64,000 bases of DNA from Blastocystis sp. ATCC 50177/Nand II (taxonomy: Eukaryota). Where the stretch lies: positions 62,001 through 126,000 of the forward strand of contig JBBPEE010000035.1 of the NCBI GenBank assembly GCA_039096935.1, written 5' to 3'. Both the position numbers and the translations under genes were made by a program. Shown in pieces: positions 35,977 to 49,247 of the stretch. Position 1 is the stretch's first letter. Each line of letters opens with the position of its first letter. The notes under the pieces were generated by a model, which made no database searches, had not been told where the DNA came from, and saw only the letters and a list, made by a program, of their open reading frames with translations.

Positions 35977-36820
35977 TCAAATTCTATGTGCAGTGGACAC
36001 AGAATCGGAGGAAGTGGCAGTGACAAGCCCCCACTCGTTCGGGTCGCCAATTCCACCTCCAGTCCAATTACTCACACTAGGAAACATAACGGAGTCAAAC
36101 GGGAGAGGATGAGGGACGCATCTCAGTTCACTCAAATGAGGCACCGCTACAGTGCATGCATCGAGGGGGGAGAAGGCACGGAGGGTTGCGGCAGGATACA
36201 GAAGGAAAGGGTGACACACCCTGTACGAAACCCCGTGTCGTTGGAATAGAGCGGGACGCGTACGTCAATGCTCCCGAGCGTATCGAAATCCACTAGACGT
36301 GAGAGTGACATGAAGAATGAACGGTCAACAGACGGGGTTTCAATGGATCCAAATCCAACGGACCGAAAGGAGTCCTTGCTCACGACATCCACGTACACGA
36401 ATTGACTATCCCTCCAGTACTGGCAAAAGCATGTCCGCGAGCAGTCAATCGAAATGAGCGTCGACTCCAGGTGTCCGTAGCCGCCATCTCCTTCGGAAAG
36501 AGGAATGCACACAGGGTCGTCCCTTCCCCAAAAGCGACAGGTAAGCTACACTTCACCCGCTCCGGTAATGCCTACCATGTAGGAATTGGACCCATCCTCG
36601 CAATCCAGCTGGAAGTCCGTTCCCTTGATGGAGAGCGTGTATTCCCTGGTTCCGTTCACCTAGGAGTCACGTTTCGTGAGGATGTCATGCCTTCGGTGGG
36701 AGGTGATGCTCCAGAGGGCATTGTTGCACTTCCGGCAGACTCATTCCGATCGTTATCTCCATTCTCAGAAATGTGGATGGGGAGTGATCCCAATCAAATG
36801 TGAACTGATTTCCATCACGA
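35977..36820 (-). CDS. Hypothetical spliced protein, possibly C2-like
   Basis: About 30-nt introns link EYTLSIKGTDFQL, LTCRFWGRDDP and VYVDVVSKD...GFGSI. TGA is followed by TGTTTGTT. Confidence 0.45.
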
Positions 36821-36903
36821 TTAGCAAACGACAATCACACATACAACAAACACAGCAGATAATGGATATACAACAAACACATCAGATAAGATAATGGTTA
36901 CAG

Positions 36904-38031
36904 TTAGTTGCGAGCCTCGCAGTGCAGCTCCTTGAACGCCTCCTTGATACGCTCCACCATCGACTTCTCACCCTCTCTCATCCAGGCGCGAGGGTCGTAG
37001 AACTTCTTGTTCGGGTGCGTCGCGTCCGTGCTGGTTCCCACCTGCTTCTGCAGGTAGTCCTCGTTCTTCAGGTAGTACTGGCGAATGCCGTTCCAGAAGG
37101 CCCACTGGGTGTCCGTGTCGATGTTCATCTTCACCACACCGGCGCTCACGGCCACCTCGATCTCCTCGGGAAGCGAGCCACTGCCGCCGTGGAACACGAA
37201 CATCACGGGCTTGTTGTCCTCCAGGCTCAGATGCTCCTTCACGTACTTCTGCGCGTTGTGCAGAATCTCGGGATGCAGCTTCACGTTGCCGGGAGCGTAC
37301 ACGCCGTGTACGTTGCCGAAGGCGGCAGCCACCGTGAAGCGAGGCGTGATCTTGCCCAGGGTCGTGTACACCTTCATGATCTCGTCAGGCTGCGAGTACA
37401 GACGCGCGTTCTCCACGCCGCTGTTGTCCACGCCGTCCTCCTCTCCGCCAGTCACACCAATCTCCATCTCCAGCAGAACGCCCACCTTGTTGCAGCGCTC
37501 CAGGTACTTGGAGGTCAGCGCCAGGTTGTCGTCCAGCGTCTCCACCGACAGGTCGATCATGTGCGAGGAGTACAGCGCTCTGCCCGTCTCCTTGAAGTAC
37601 TGCTCGTCGGCCTCCAGGCAGCCGTCCAGCCAGGGCAGCAGCTTCTTGGCGCAGTGATCCGTGTGCAGTACCACGGGCACGCCGTAGGCAGCGGCCACAG
37701 AGTGCACGTACTTGGCGCCCACGACGGAGCCCATGATGGCGTTGCCCTGCTCTCTGTCCGTCTTCAGACCCTTTCCGGACACGAAGGCGGCGCCTCCGTT
37801 GGAGAACTGGATGATGATGGGGCTCTTCACGGCGGCGGCAGCCTCCAGGCAGGAGTTCACCGTATCCGAGTTCGTGCAGTTCACGGCGGGGATGGCGAAT
37901 CCGTGCTTCTGGGCATAACGGAACAGCTCCATGGTCTCGTCACCGGTCAGCACGCCGGGATGAAGGAAAGAAAGAACACCTAGAGCCGGTGAGAGGTCGC
38001 TCCGTCGGGCAGGCACAGACTTACCACTCAT
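36904..38031 (-). CDS. fbaA: Class II (type A) fructose-bisphosphate aldolase
   Basis: HTDHCAKKLLPW, SSHMIDLS, GGEEDGVDN, AFGNVHGVY, VFHGGSG and KMNIDTDTQ. A 45-nt intron (38024-37980) gives the start MSGVLSFLHPGVLTG. Confidence 0.97.
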   Translation of the reverse strand: MSGKSVPARRSDLSPALGVLSFLHPGVLTGDETMELFRYAQKHGFAIPAVNCTNSDTVNSCLEAAAAVKSPIIIQFSNGGAAFVSGKGLKTDREQGNAIMGSVVGAKYVHSVAAAYGVPVVLHTDHCAKKLLPWLDGCLEADEQYFKETGRALYSSHMIDLSVETLDDNLALTSKYLERCNKVGVLLEMEIGVTGGEEDGVDNSGVENARLYSQPDEIMKVYTTLGKITPRFTVAAAFGNVHGVYAPGNVKLHPEILHNAQKYVKEHLSLEDNKPVMFVFHGGSGSLPEEIEVAVSAGVVKMNIDTDTQWAFWNGIRQYYLKNEDYLQKQVGTSTDATHPNKKFYDPRAWMREGEKSMVERIKEAFKELHCEARN

Positions 38032-38422
38032 AATCGTCACGACAAATAAAAAGATTATGAGGGATGTGAGGGTTTATGATAGGGTGCCGTGGTCGGAATA
38101 GAATCGAGTCATTGGATTGGCTCGTGCAACTACCGCGGCGACGGCACTCCTCTTCTGGAACAATCCATGGCGTGGAAGGGCGTCCCTGCCAACCCTATGT
38201 AGAGTTCGCGTGGAGGAGGATGTGGGCGGAGTATCCCCGACAATTGATTTGAATCCATTAACCTCCCTTCTCCGGCTGTATTCCAACCAGACTACACGGT
38301 ATGCACACTCAAATCGCACCGCCATGCGAAATGAAGGATAACGTCCTTCACTAGATTAAGGGACGTTCGGAGGAAGGAGGGCCCGATTATTTCTTCAAAT
38401 GGGCGTTCTCATTCTATCTATC

Positions 38423-41400
38423 ATGGAACAGTTTACCGCTATTGTAGTGACTGCTGCTGGCGCCAAGCAGGTGATGGGCGTGGGGCTGCGGATGATGGGC
38501 GTAGGCTGCGGCGTATCAGACGGAGCTGGAGCACAGACAGAAGAGTGGTCTCATCCCCAAGGAGACATTTGTCCTTGCTGTGCCAGACCCTTCCTCCGCC
38601 CGTGTGGGAAGGTAAGGCCGGATGGCGTGGTGTGAGCGTAGTGGCGGCGCGACGTTCAACGCAATCGTTGCTGCGTGTGAGCACCTCAGTGCTCGTGCTG
38701 GATTTGCATCCGTTTCTCCCGATATTCTTGCAAACTCCAAAATCGTGATCATTCACTCGGGCGGCGATAGTCGTCGTTCTCCGCTGCAGAGTCTGTGCGG
38801 AAAGGTGGGGACTGAGCGCGGGGCTCACGCGTAGGCCTGGTCCGCGGTGAACTCCACGCTGTGTGAGGAGGTGATGACTCCGTTCGACTTTTTGCTCCAG
38901 AACCTGGCGAAGGCCTTCAAGGACTCGCCCCCCGGTTTGATTGTGTGCTCCTCGGACGTGCTGCTGGACTTCGGCGAGTACTCCAAGGCGGACTGGAGCA
39001 AGCCCGGCGTGACGGGCCTTGGCATTCCTATGGATATCGACTACGGTACCCGACATGGCGTTTTTATCCACGACGCTGACGGCCATGTGATCGAGTTCTG
39101 CCAGAAGGCGTCCGTCGAGCAGCTGCGCGCGAAGGGCGCGGTGCACACGGAGGTGGTGGACGGCGTGGAGGTGGAGAAGGTGGACCTGGATTCCGGCGTC
39201 GTGTTTTTCGACTCGCAGACGACGCAGATCCTGACCAACATCCACCTGTACCCGCCACTGGACGCGTGCACATACATGGGCGTGGATAGCGGCGCGACGC
39301 CGCTGCGCATCGAGTTGTACTCTGACATCATGGAGGCGCTGGGCGACTCGCCGCTCACCTACGAGGAGTACATGAACCTGCCCACCTCCGCCAAGCAGTG
39401 AGGGCGTTGGTGCGCGGTGAGGCGTAGGGTGCAGGCGGTGAAGGACGCGCGCGACATCTTCTGGAAGCACCTGCGCAAGATCCAGTTCAACGTGGCGGTG
39501 CCCAAGGGCTCCGACTTCGTGCACGTGGGCACGACGGTGCGCGCGGCGGGCGGCGGTGAGGCGTAGAAGGAGAACATCGCGTTCCTGACGGAGCCGTCGA
39601 AGTGGTACTCGCGCCTGCACCTGGCGCCGCACGTGCAGAGGTGAGGGCGACGACGGGGACTGAGGCGCAGCTTCATCAAGAACGAGGAGGCGGTGCAGCA
39701 CGCGGTGGTGATGAACTCGCTGGTGATGGGCGAGGGCGTCTGCGGCGAGCACTCCGTGATCGAGCACTCGCGCCTGATCGGCAACTGGAAGATCGGCTCG
39801 CAGTCGTTCGTGTCGCAGATCCGCAGCTACGAGGACCTGGTGGTGCACGACAGCATCGCGGTGCAGGAGATCGCCGTGGCACAGATCAACACGGCGTCGC
39901 CCGACGAGGGCATCACGGCGGGCCAGCTGAGCGACTCGCACCAGTCGGTGCTGATCTGCTACGGCGTGGAGGACCCCATCAAGGCGCAGTTCGGCTCGAG
40001 CGGCGCCATGGTCTGCGGGCAGTCGTGGGACCGCTTCTTCGAGGTGGCGGGCGTGTCGCCGAAGAAGATCTGGCCGAGCGACGACGACCGCTCGCTGTGG
40101 AGCGCGAAGCTGTTCCCGGTGCTGAGCAAGGAGGACGACTGGGACGTGGCGCTGTGGATCCAGGACCTGGAGCACGCCTCCGTGGAGAGCGTGCGGCGCT
40201 GGCGTGTGTGCGAGCGCATCTCGCTGAGTGACATCCTGACCTACTGCAACCCGTCGACGTCCTTCGAGTGGCGCAAGAAGCTGAACATGGAGGTGGGCAT
40301 CGCCAAGATGGAGGAGGTGCTGCGCAACGGCGAGGACAAGTGCGTGCTGGAGGTCATCCGGAAGATCGTCTCCTACGGCGATATGAACGACCTCGCGCTC
40401 GAGGTGCCTGCGCGCGCCCTCTCTCACCCCTAGCGCCTCGACGCGCTCGCCGCCTCGCTGCCCATCAACCTCGTGCCGCGCGTCTTCTCCACCATCGCCG
40501 ACTTCCTCGCCGAGATGGCGCACAACAAGGGCGGGCTGCGCTCCGGCCCGGCGCACAACCCCGACTGGGACACGCCCATGGAGTCGCTGCGCCAGGGCCG
40601 CATCGGCGAGGCCGTGCAGATGATGGCTGCGCTGCGCACCAAGTGGATGAACTCGCCCGAGCGCATGGTGCGCGCCGCGCGCCACTACGAGGCCGCCGCG
40701 CGCGTGCTCGTCAGCGAGGTCATCTACAAGTGCGCGCGCTTCTTCCGCCGCACCGCCGCGCCACCCGTGGGCACCTGGGTGCACGCCTCCTGCCCCATCC
40801 GCGCGGACCTGGCGGGCGGCTGGACCGACACGCCCCCCATCACCTACGAGCTGCAGAAGGGCGGCGTGTGCGTGAACGTCGCCATCAACCTGGAGGGTCG
40901 TCCTGCTTGTGTCCGCTCATCCCTAGGCCAGATGCCCGTCGTCGCCTCCGCGCGTCGCCTCAAGGACCCCGTGCTGGTGCTGCAGCCGCCCGAGGACTCC
41001 GCCTCCTCGCCCATCGTCTGGAAGACGCTCGCGGACATCGCGGACTACCACCAGCCGCTGGCGCCGGGCGCGCTGTTCAAGTGCGCGGTGATCGCGCTGG
41101 GCCTGATCAACCCCAACTCCAGCCAGGAGCTGGACCAGCAGCTCAACTTCAACGTGGGCGGCGGCATCGAGGTGCGCACCAAGTCCACGCTGCCGCAGGG
41201 CAGCGGGCTGGGCACCAGCTCCGTTCTCTCCGGCGCGCTGCTGGCGGTGGGCGCGCGGGCGGGCGCTGAGGCGTAGGCGATCTGCACGGCGGTGGGCTAC
41301 GAGTACGACGCGGACTCCATCGTGCACTCGGTGCTGATCCTGGAGCAGCTGCTCACGACGGGCGGCGGCTGGCAGGACCAGGTGGGCGGGCTGCTGCCCG

Positions 41401-41978
41401 GCTTCAAGTTCTCCGTGAGCCCCAACGCCTTCCCCGTGGCGGTGCACACCGAGACGCTGCCCGTGTCGCCCGAGTTCGTGGAGCAGGTCAACCACCGCCT
41501 GGTGTGCATCTACACGGGCCGCCAGCGCCTGGCGCGCTCGCTGCTGCAGGACGTGATCCGCCACTGGTATGCGCGCGAGCCGTCGATCCTGCAGGCTGTC
41601 ACTGACCTGCGCGACAACTCCTACGTCTGCCGCGACTCCATCCTGCGCGGCGACCTGCAGGCCGTGGGCACCTGCCTCAGCAACTACTGGCAGAGCAAGA
41701 AGACCATGGCGCCGCAGTCCGAGCCCAAGTTCGTGGTGGAGATGCGCGAGCGCCTCGGCGACATCATCATCGGCAGCTCCCTCGCGGGTGCCGGCGGCGG
41801 CGGCTTCTTCATTTGTCTGACGAAGGACGCCGACCAGCTGGACACCATCAAGGAGCGGCTGGCGACCATGCCCGGCGTGGACGACATGCAGTACATGCGT
41901 GCGCAGATCAACATGAACGGTCTGCAGGTGACTATTGGAGACAAGTGTATCGGAAATCCGTTAGTGAAGCGTGAGTGA
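38423..41978 (+). CDS. FKGP: Bifunctional L-fucokinase/GDP-L-fucose pyrophosphorylase
   Basis: N-terminal HSGGDSRRSP...GK. C-terminal GHMP kinase motifs RADLAGGWTDTPP, PQGSGLGTSS, EQLLTTGGGWQDQVGG and LAGAGGGGF. Confidence 0.92.
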
Positions 41979-42171
41979 TGTGTTTGTTTCCATCAATGCG
42001 AGTTAATCCAATTTGTTTTGCCAGACGGGATTCAAAGATCAGTTTACTTTCCCATGAGGTGATTCAAAGACCACTTTGCTCCCCACAACGCAATTCAAAC
42101 CGCTAGGCAGCAAAAATCGGGCCGTTTTTGGCCCCCACAAGAGTACGCATGGTCATCTTCGATCGGTTGGA

Positions 42172-43709
42172 ATGAAGCCCACTACAAACCTGTCGCCGAA
42201 CGATATCGAGGGCTTTCTGGCAGATGTGTGCCTCGCCGGACGGAGTGTTAGTCGTAGTCCTCCTGGGCGATAGCCGCATGCGTTCTGTTTATTGTTCTGA
42301 TACTGTCCTTCCTTTGGCTGCGAAGCGCTTCGCCCAAAGCGGGATTCTTCTCGCGATTGGGCGTTTTTTTCCATCCGGTGCTCGCCGCCAACGGAGATGT
42401 GCAGACGGAACGGAGATCCGCGGAGAAGGCGAGAGCAAGTGACAGGAGGAGTGAGTCGGATGTGCGCTTCGGGGGTGAAAAGCATGACTTCTAGAGAGTT
42501 CTCTTCAACGACCTCCTCCATGAGAGTCAGCAAGGCCAGCAAATGAGCTCCGCTCCCTCCGTTTCGGAGAAGGAGGAGGAGGAGAGTCTACCGGAAGATA
42601 GCTCAGAGGAAGAGGAAAACGAGAAGTCGGTGATCGATTATGAGTCGTATCGTCGCGTATGTGAGGACTACCGCAAGACGACGGCAGCATTGAAGGAGCG
42701 CGAGAACGAGGTCGCCACACTGATGAAGGACAACGAGGCCAAGGCGCTGACCATCAAGCTGCTCAAGGACCAGCTGCTGTCCTACGGATCGACCGAGGCG
42801 GGCGCCCAGGCGGCGCCCAACGACCTGCAGGCGGTGATCGAGCAGCAGAAGCAGGTGATCCACTCGCTGCTCAACACCGACGGCAAATGGAGCGACATGG
42901 AGAAGGTGGTGCATTTCCCTCCCCATCACGCGTAGCTGCTCAAGCTGTACGAGGGCAAGGTGCAGGAGCTGGCGCAGGCGCAGCGCACCATCGAGAAGCT
43001 GCAGGAGGGCCAGCCGCAGCTGGAGGCGCTGCAGAAGAAGGCGGAGCTGGCGGACGTGGGCGCGCGGGCGCGGCGTGAGGCGTAGAAGCTGGCGGTCGAG
43101 AACGAGGCGCTGCGCACGCGCATGCGCATGGAGGTGCAGTTTCCCCCATACTCCGTACGGTTTCGTGCGCCCGCTCACGCGTAGTTCTCGCCGATGGCGT
43201 CCAACTACTCGTACCCCCTGCTGCCCCCAGGATTCGGGTACTCGCAGAACACCAGCGTGGCGGACGGCACCTCCATCGGCGTGCTGAACGAGGAGGACAC
43301 TGCCCTGACGCCCACCGTGCCCTCTGCACATGCGATGCAGGCTGTGCCGGCTGTGTCTGCCGCATCCACTATGCCTGCTGTGCAAACCATGCAAAGCGTG
43401 CAAGCGGGCACTACGGGGCAGGAGAAGCCGCGGCGGTCGATGAAGCTGAAGAACAAGGTGTACTTCCAGCTGCTGGAGGTCACTAACGACCTGCAGAAGC
43501 GGCTCAGCCAGCGCGGCGCGCCGATGACCAAGCTGAACTCGGCGGCCGTGGCGCGGCTGGCGCGGTACGTCAACGAGGCGGAGGACACGCCGGCGGCGCT
43601 GCAGGCGCTGCAGAAGGCGTTCGCGAGCGTGCTGCCCTCCATCAACTTGTGTTCGCAAGAGGAGTTTGCGTCCTTCGTGTCAAAGATCCGTGTAGCTCTG
43701 AATAAGTAG
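42172..43709 (+). CDS. Hypothetical coiled-coil protein with an N-terminal TM anchor
   Basis: Splicing gives SSWAIAACVLFIVLILSFLWL followed by acidic and coiled-coil exons; ends at TAG. Confidence 0.7.
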
Positions 43710-43744
43710 TTCCTTTAGTGGTTGGACTGTTTGGAAGAAACACG

Positions 43745-44744
43745 TCACCAGCAATTCTGGTAACAGGGATAGCTGACATCCCAGTAATTCGTATCGAAGG
43801 TCGGGAGAATGGACGACGGCTCTTTCGCCTCCACCGAGTCGAAGGAGTGCAGCACGGCATGCTTCCTCGGCGTAGGCACTCCTTGCTGGACATGCTGGAC
43901 ATGCTGGACATGCTGCATAGGTTGCATAGGTTGCACATATGGCGCATGCTGCATGGAGGGCAAGGACTCCCCTGCCATGGACATCATGGGCATCATGGAC
44001 ATCACGGGCACAACGGGCTCCGCCGATTCCATTGATTCGAAGGGGTCTACCACCTCCACCTCCGTTGACATGCTGCGAGGAGGGGTAGAGAAGCACGGGT
44101 AATCAACATCGGACAGGGGTCGGGCGGAGCTCCAGCAACCATCGGGCTCTCCGAAGGGATACGAGGACATAGGGTACATGGAATAGGGAAGCACGCTCGC
44201 ATCTACCGGTGAGCAACAACAATGGAGGGAACAGCGAGAGCAGTGAACGCGGTAGCAGACATCGGAGTAGTACCGCAGGAACAGCTTCTCGTCCACATAA
44301 AGGGAATAATGAATTGCGGACAGGAAGACTTGCTCCATGCGATTCACTTCAGCAAGCGAGACTAGGCCTATTTCAGCAAAGAATGCATTGCTGCAGAAGG
44401 TGTCATCAAAGAACTTCGACGCCAGCATGATGGCAGCCAAGAGCAGCTTGTGCATGTTCTGGGACACGACACAAAACTGAGTGGACTCGACGAAGCGGTC
44501 GATGTAAATGACCGCCAAAATGAGACAAGAATCACTACACGCAGAGTGTGCGTAGATTCTATCCCTCACTACCCACCACCAGCTCCTACCTTTCAATGTA
44601 GTCACATAGACGAATCCGCGGAACGCAAGAACACGAAAAGACGGTTGGGGGCAGAAGAGGCGACTGACTGTCCCCAACGCTTGCAATTCCCTCAATTATG
44701 GAGGTTATCGCCATGACCAATTCTTTTCCACCAACGGGTTCCAT
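43745..44744 (-). CDS. PHO80/cyclin-U(P)-type cyclin
   Basis: PRIRLCDYIER|IYAHSACSDSCLILAVIYIDR...HKLLLAAIMLASKFFDDTFCSNAFFAEIG...EVNRME. Confidence 0.9.
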
Positions 44745-45043
44745 TTCGCTAAGCAGACTTCTGACACTATCAGCCGATTCAATATGTGCAGAAAAGTGCA
44801 CACTTAACAGGTATGGAGATTCGATTAGGGACTACAACGGTCATCCGCCCGCGCCGCGCTTACGTCGAAAATGATCTCACAACGGGGTTGCTCTACACGA
44901 AACGATAGGGCGCTTTCGGTACAACGGGGGCTTTTCGCTTTATTTGCCGACTTCCTTTTCAATCTTTCAATTCAGTGATCCGCCCAAAACAATGATCACT
45001 GCACGCGCGTACTTGCTTCGGAAGGGATTGAGCACTCTGCCCT

Positions 45044-45691
45044 ATGTTTGAAGAAATCGAGGTCGCGACGGTGCTGCGCGTCGTCCCGTCGCTCGTTCCC
45101 GCGTTCGAGGAGCACGCAGGAGCTGATGCCCGTCCGTTCACGCTCTAGATTAAGCGGGGAGACCAGACGCAGATCACGATCCTCCCCACCAAAAACGAAA
45201 AGCAGCCCAGACTGTGCCAATTGCGATTGGGGACTGCGGAGTACAAGGGACTGCTGCTCGACTTGCCGCGCCACGTGGAGACATACAAAACGCTCGATAC
45301 GCAACAGTACTTCAAAACAAACGATGTTGCGCAGATGATAAGTAGCGCCCCGTGTCTGCTGTGATCCGTAGTTATATTCGACAAACCAGAAGACCTGGAC
45401 GAGTTCAAGGACAATGTGTACTTCCCCGATGGTTTGACGCCTCCCATGAAGGTGCTTCTTTTTCCTGAGAGTTAGCGGTAGGGAGCGTATGAGAGCTTGA
45501 AGCAGTCCGAAAAGTCGTACTTCGATTTGCCCGCGAAGGATATGGCGGCCATCGAGTCGATCATCATCAACAACAAGACGGACGAGTTTTGCTACGACGA
45601 GGTGATCGAGGAGGAGCCGCACATGAACAGCTTCGGAAATGTGACCCAATCCGCCATTAAGAAGGAGAAGAAGAAGGAGGCAGCTGTGTAA
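45044..45691 (+). CDS. TAF7: TFIID subunit 7 (TAFII55 N-terminal domain)
   Basis: LLDLPRHVETYKTLDTQQYFKTNDVAQM and PDGLTPPMK. Confidence 0.85.
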
Positions 45692-45770
45692 TACAAGAAG
45701 ATGAAGGGCGTTGTGATCCATCAAAACCCCATTTCAGCTTTGTTCAACAAGCAACCCGCTAAATACACCC

Positions 45771-46910
45771 TTACAAATTCTTCCTCTCCTTGAACTCGGA
45801 CTTTGGCGAATCGTCCACATCGCTGTCCAGCGAGCCTACCTTGGCCAGAATGTCCATGATCTTCTGCTTCTCCTCCATCGAGTAGTCGCCGTTCCGATTG
45901 ACGGCGAACGCCACCATCTGCGCGTACTTCTCCAGGTTGGGGTACTTGGGAATGGCGGGCGCCGCCACAGGCTCGGGCATCTTGGCGTGCTGCAGCACCT
46001 CCTACGCCTCACGCCGCGCACAGACGCTCACCTCCGTCAGGAGCATGTCGTCCTTCTCGTACTTGTACACCTCCCTGGCGTTGCGCGAGAGCAGGTCCCA
46101 CTCCAGCGACGAGAAGATCTGGTCCGGGCTGTATGACCCGAACAGGCCCTCCGGCTTCTCCTTCGCCGGCATGAAGTTGAACCACGTGTTGCGCTTCACC
46201 TCCTTCTCCTCCTCCTTCACCTCCTCGCGCTCCAGCGACAGGCGCTTCTTCTCCTCCTACGGCTCATCGCGCACGGAGACATGCACCTCCGTCAGCACCG
46301 TGTTGGGGTCCTTCGCCATGATGGCGTCGAAGAGCGCGTTCGCGTCCTCCCTGCTCACGAACGTCGTGTCCTCTCCAGTATGGAACGCCTTCTCGTTCAA
46401 GCCGTAGTTTATATTGTCCTGCACGAAGCGGTAGTTCATCTCGTCGTCCAGACGGAAGTACGCGTCTTCAAAGTTCATGGCGCTCACATTCTCCGCAGAG
46501 ACTTCCTGCTTCTCGCCCAGAGGCTCCTCTCCCTCCGCCCGGCGGAACACGTTGTCCGACTCCCTCACCGCCTTCGCCATCGACACGGCATAGTCGGAAT
46601 CATCCTCCAAAAGGCTATATGCGTCCACTCCAGACCTTTTGCTCTTTATCTCCCGATGTACCGATGTGGGGGCCGTCGGCTCCTCTATTCCTTACGCACA
46701 ACGCAAACACACACGGGTCGACTCCTGCGCAGGACTCTCTGTCTGTTCCGGAAGTGGGGCAGTGGCCTCAGCGGCTTCCGCAGGAGAAAAGTGAGAACGG
46801 GTACGATAATCACGCCAAACCGCGGTGCAGCGGGGAATTCCCTCGAAAGCAGCACCCTTCGCCGCGAGAGGAATCGTGCTCTTCAAAGCAAGTACCGTCC
46901 TTGACAACAT
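45771..46910 (-). CDS. Hypothetical protein with a mitochondrial-like presequence
   Basis: Starts MLSRTVLALKSTIPLAAK; exons joined by short introns; ends at TAA. Confidence 0.7.
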
Positions 46911-47039
46911 CGTCCTTCTCAAAGAGATTTGTCGCTTCATTGCGCGTCGAGAAAAACGCCCCTATTTACGGAGTCCCATAGTCTTTTCCCTCATTCTTCC
47001 CCAAGTCATCCCACGCATCTATCATGCTCGACAAAGACG

Positions 47040-49197
47040 ATGAGCTCCTCCAAGCCTATCTTTGTTTCAAGAAGAGGGATTACAGTGCCTGTCTTCGGGA
47101 GATGGAATCGGACGCGGTGGATCTTCTTTCCGTCCCTGACGACTAGTTTGACAAAGAGAGCATCGCCGTTCAACACAACCAGAGCATTGTCTCTTTTCTA
47201 AGGGACAACAGCAAGAACTACGACGATCTGTATCAATCGCTGGATTGTCTTCTCAAAAAGATTCAAGATGTGGGCATTTGTGCTGGTGTGACGAAACTAG
47301 GTCCCAAATGAAAACGCAAAATCATCTCTCCTCTCCATATCGATTATCAAGTATAACATGGTGGGAGCGCGCTCCTTCTTCTCATTCCCAGGCGGTTCTT
47401 CTGTCGCTGCAGCAGAGGTACGATGAGACCGTGGCGCTCCTCAGCTCCATTCTGGAGGAGAATCGAAAAGTGGAGTCCTCCATCCAGCTGCGTTGCTATC
47501 TCCTGCTGGTGGAGGCGATCTTCTCCATCTACCGGATTCGCGGAGAGACGAAGGAAGTGGCTTCGCTCTCAGGGCTGTGATTCGTAGTGGCTGCACGAGA
47601 AGTGCTACCCCGCCTTCACGCAAATCGAAACCCTCCTCAAGTGATTCCCTTTTTGGCACATCACAAGCAGAGAGCCCTTCCCCGACTTCGTGAAGAATCG
47701 CATCCAATTCCGCTACCACATCTTCCGCACGCTGTACTTCCTGGAGCAGGGCAGCGTGAAGGGCGTGAAGAAGGAGGTGAAGAGCAGCAGCGACTTCTAC
47801 CTGCTCTTCTCCGCCGACTCGCCCGCCGCCTACCTCGACCGCGTGCGCGACTCGCTCCAGTCGCAGTCCTGCCTCTACACGCTGGCGCTCGACGGGCTGG
47901 AGCCCACCGCCACCATCGACGGCTACCTGCCCTCCCTCCTCAAGACGCGCCTGGAGTTCCGCCGCGGCAACTGGAGCAAGATCCTCTCCGTGCTGAACCA
48001 GGTGTACGAGGAGGACGCGCGCTTCCCCGGCGCCGCGCCCGCCAAGGACAGCTTCTACTACACCATGCTGAGCAGCGTGTACTGCAGTAGCGGCATGCTC
48101 CACCTGGCCCGTCACACCCTCGCGCGCGCCGTGCAGGTGGCCCTCTCTCCTTCTCTTCACTCTAGCTCGCACAGGCCGAGGGCGCCGACCGCGCCATGCT
48201 GGGCACGCTGCTCAAGAACCTGAGTCTGCTCTGCCTCATGCTCCACGACCTCGAGCCCGCGCGCCAGCACTTGCGGCAGGCGCTGCGTCTCCTGCCCGAC
48301 AACCCCGTGCTCTGGTTCCGCTACGCCGAAACCTGCCGCCTGCTCGCCACCGACGCCACCGCCGCCGTGCCCGTGCCCGCGTTGCGCGACGGCCTGCCGA
48401 TGAGCACGCGGGTGCGCGCGCCGACGCACAGCGTGTCGTACCTGTGTACGATGAAGTGAGTGCGGAAGTGTGGCGTGAGGGACAGAGAGGCCGTGCTGGG
48501 TTACACCACCGCTGTGGAGCTGTTCGCGGCGCGCCGGGAGACCACGACGCTCGTGGCGGCGTGTCGGCTGCAGCTGGCGGCGATCCAGCTGGGTGGGCGG
48601 AGGCGGCGGCGCTGAGGCGTAGAAACCAAGCAGTACGAGGCGTGTCTGCAGCAGTGCGAGGCGCTGGCGGCGCTGGCGGCACTGGCGCGCGACGAGGAGC
48701 CCCTGAGGGAGGAGGAGGTGGCGCTGAGCAAGGCGGAGATCCGCGTGATGGCCGCGCTGTACGCCTCCGAGTGCTACTTCGCCACGCGGCGCCTGGACGT
48801 TCGCCTGCGCGCCGGAGGTCACGCGTAGAAAGCCATCGAAGCCATTTCGCCGTCTTCGCAACCCCACCTGTACCCGCCGCTCATCGTGTCGATCGCGGCA
48901 GAGCCGGCGCTGTTGGAGCAGCGTGGCGACGAGCTGGAGCAGGTCATCCGAGAGGGCGGATCGTCGCATGTCGAGCAACTCATATATAACATGACTCTGG
49001 TACGTCCGCAATGGGCCGATGAGGCGTAGCTGTGCATACATCAGGGCGACTGGGACAAGGGGAAGCTGTACTGCGACATCCTCTCCCACTTCCAGGCCTC
49101 GATAAAGAACGCGCGGATGCGAGTGTACTTGCTACAACAGATGGGGAAGCAGCGGGAGGCCCGGAAAGCGAAGGAGGATTATCTGATGAAGTGTTGA
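47040..49197 (+). CDS. CNOT10: CCR4-NOT subunit 10-like TPR protein
   Basis: NPVLWFRYAETC resembles the CNOT10 NPRLWLRLAECC motif; TPR-like helices; multi-exon. Confidence 0.6.
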
Positions 49198-49247
49198 GGC
49201 TACTTCCACTGGGTCCTTGTTGCACATGCTCTCTTCACCTTTTCATT

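Noticed and set aside
36904..38031. Bacterial contamination or recent transfer of fbaA
   Set aside because: It has a spliceosomal intron, host-like GC3 and TGTTTGTT elements, and class II type A aldolases occur in other eukaryotes.
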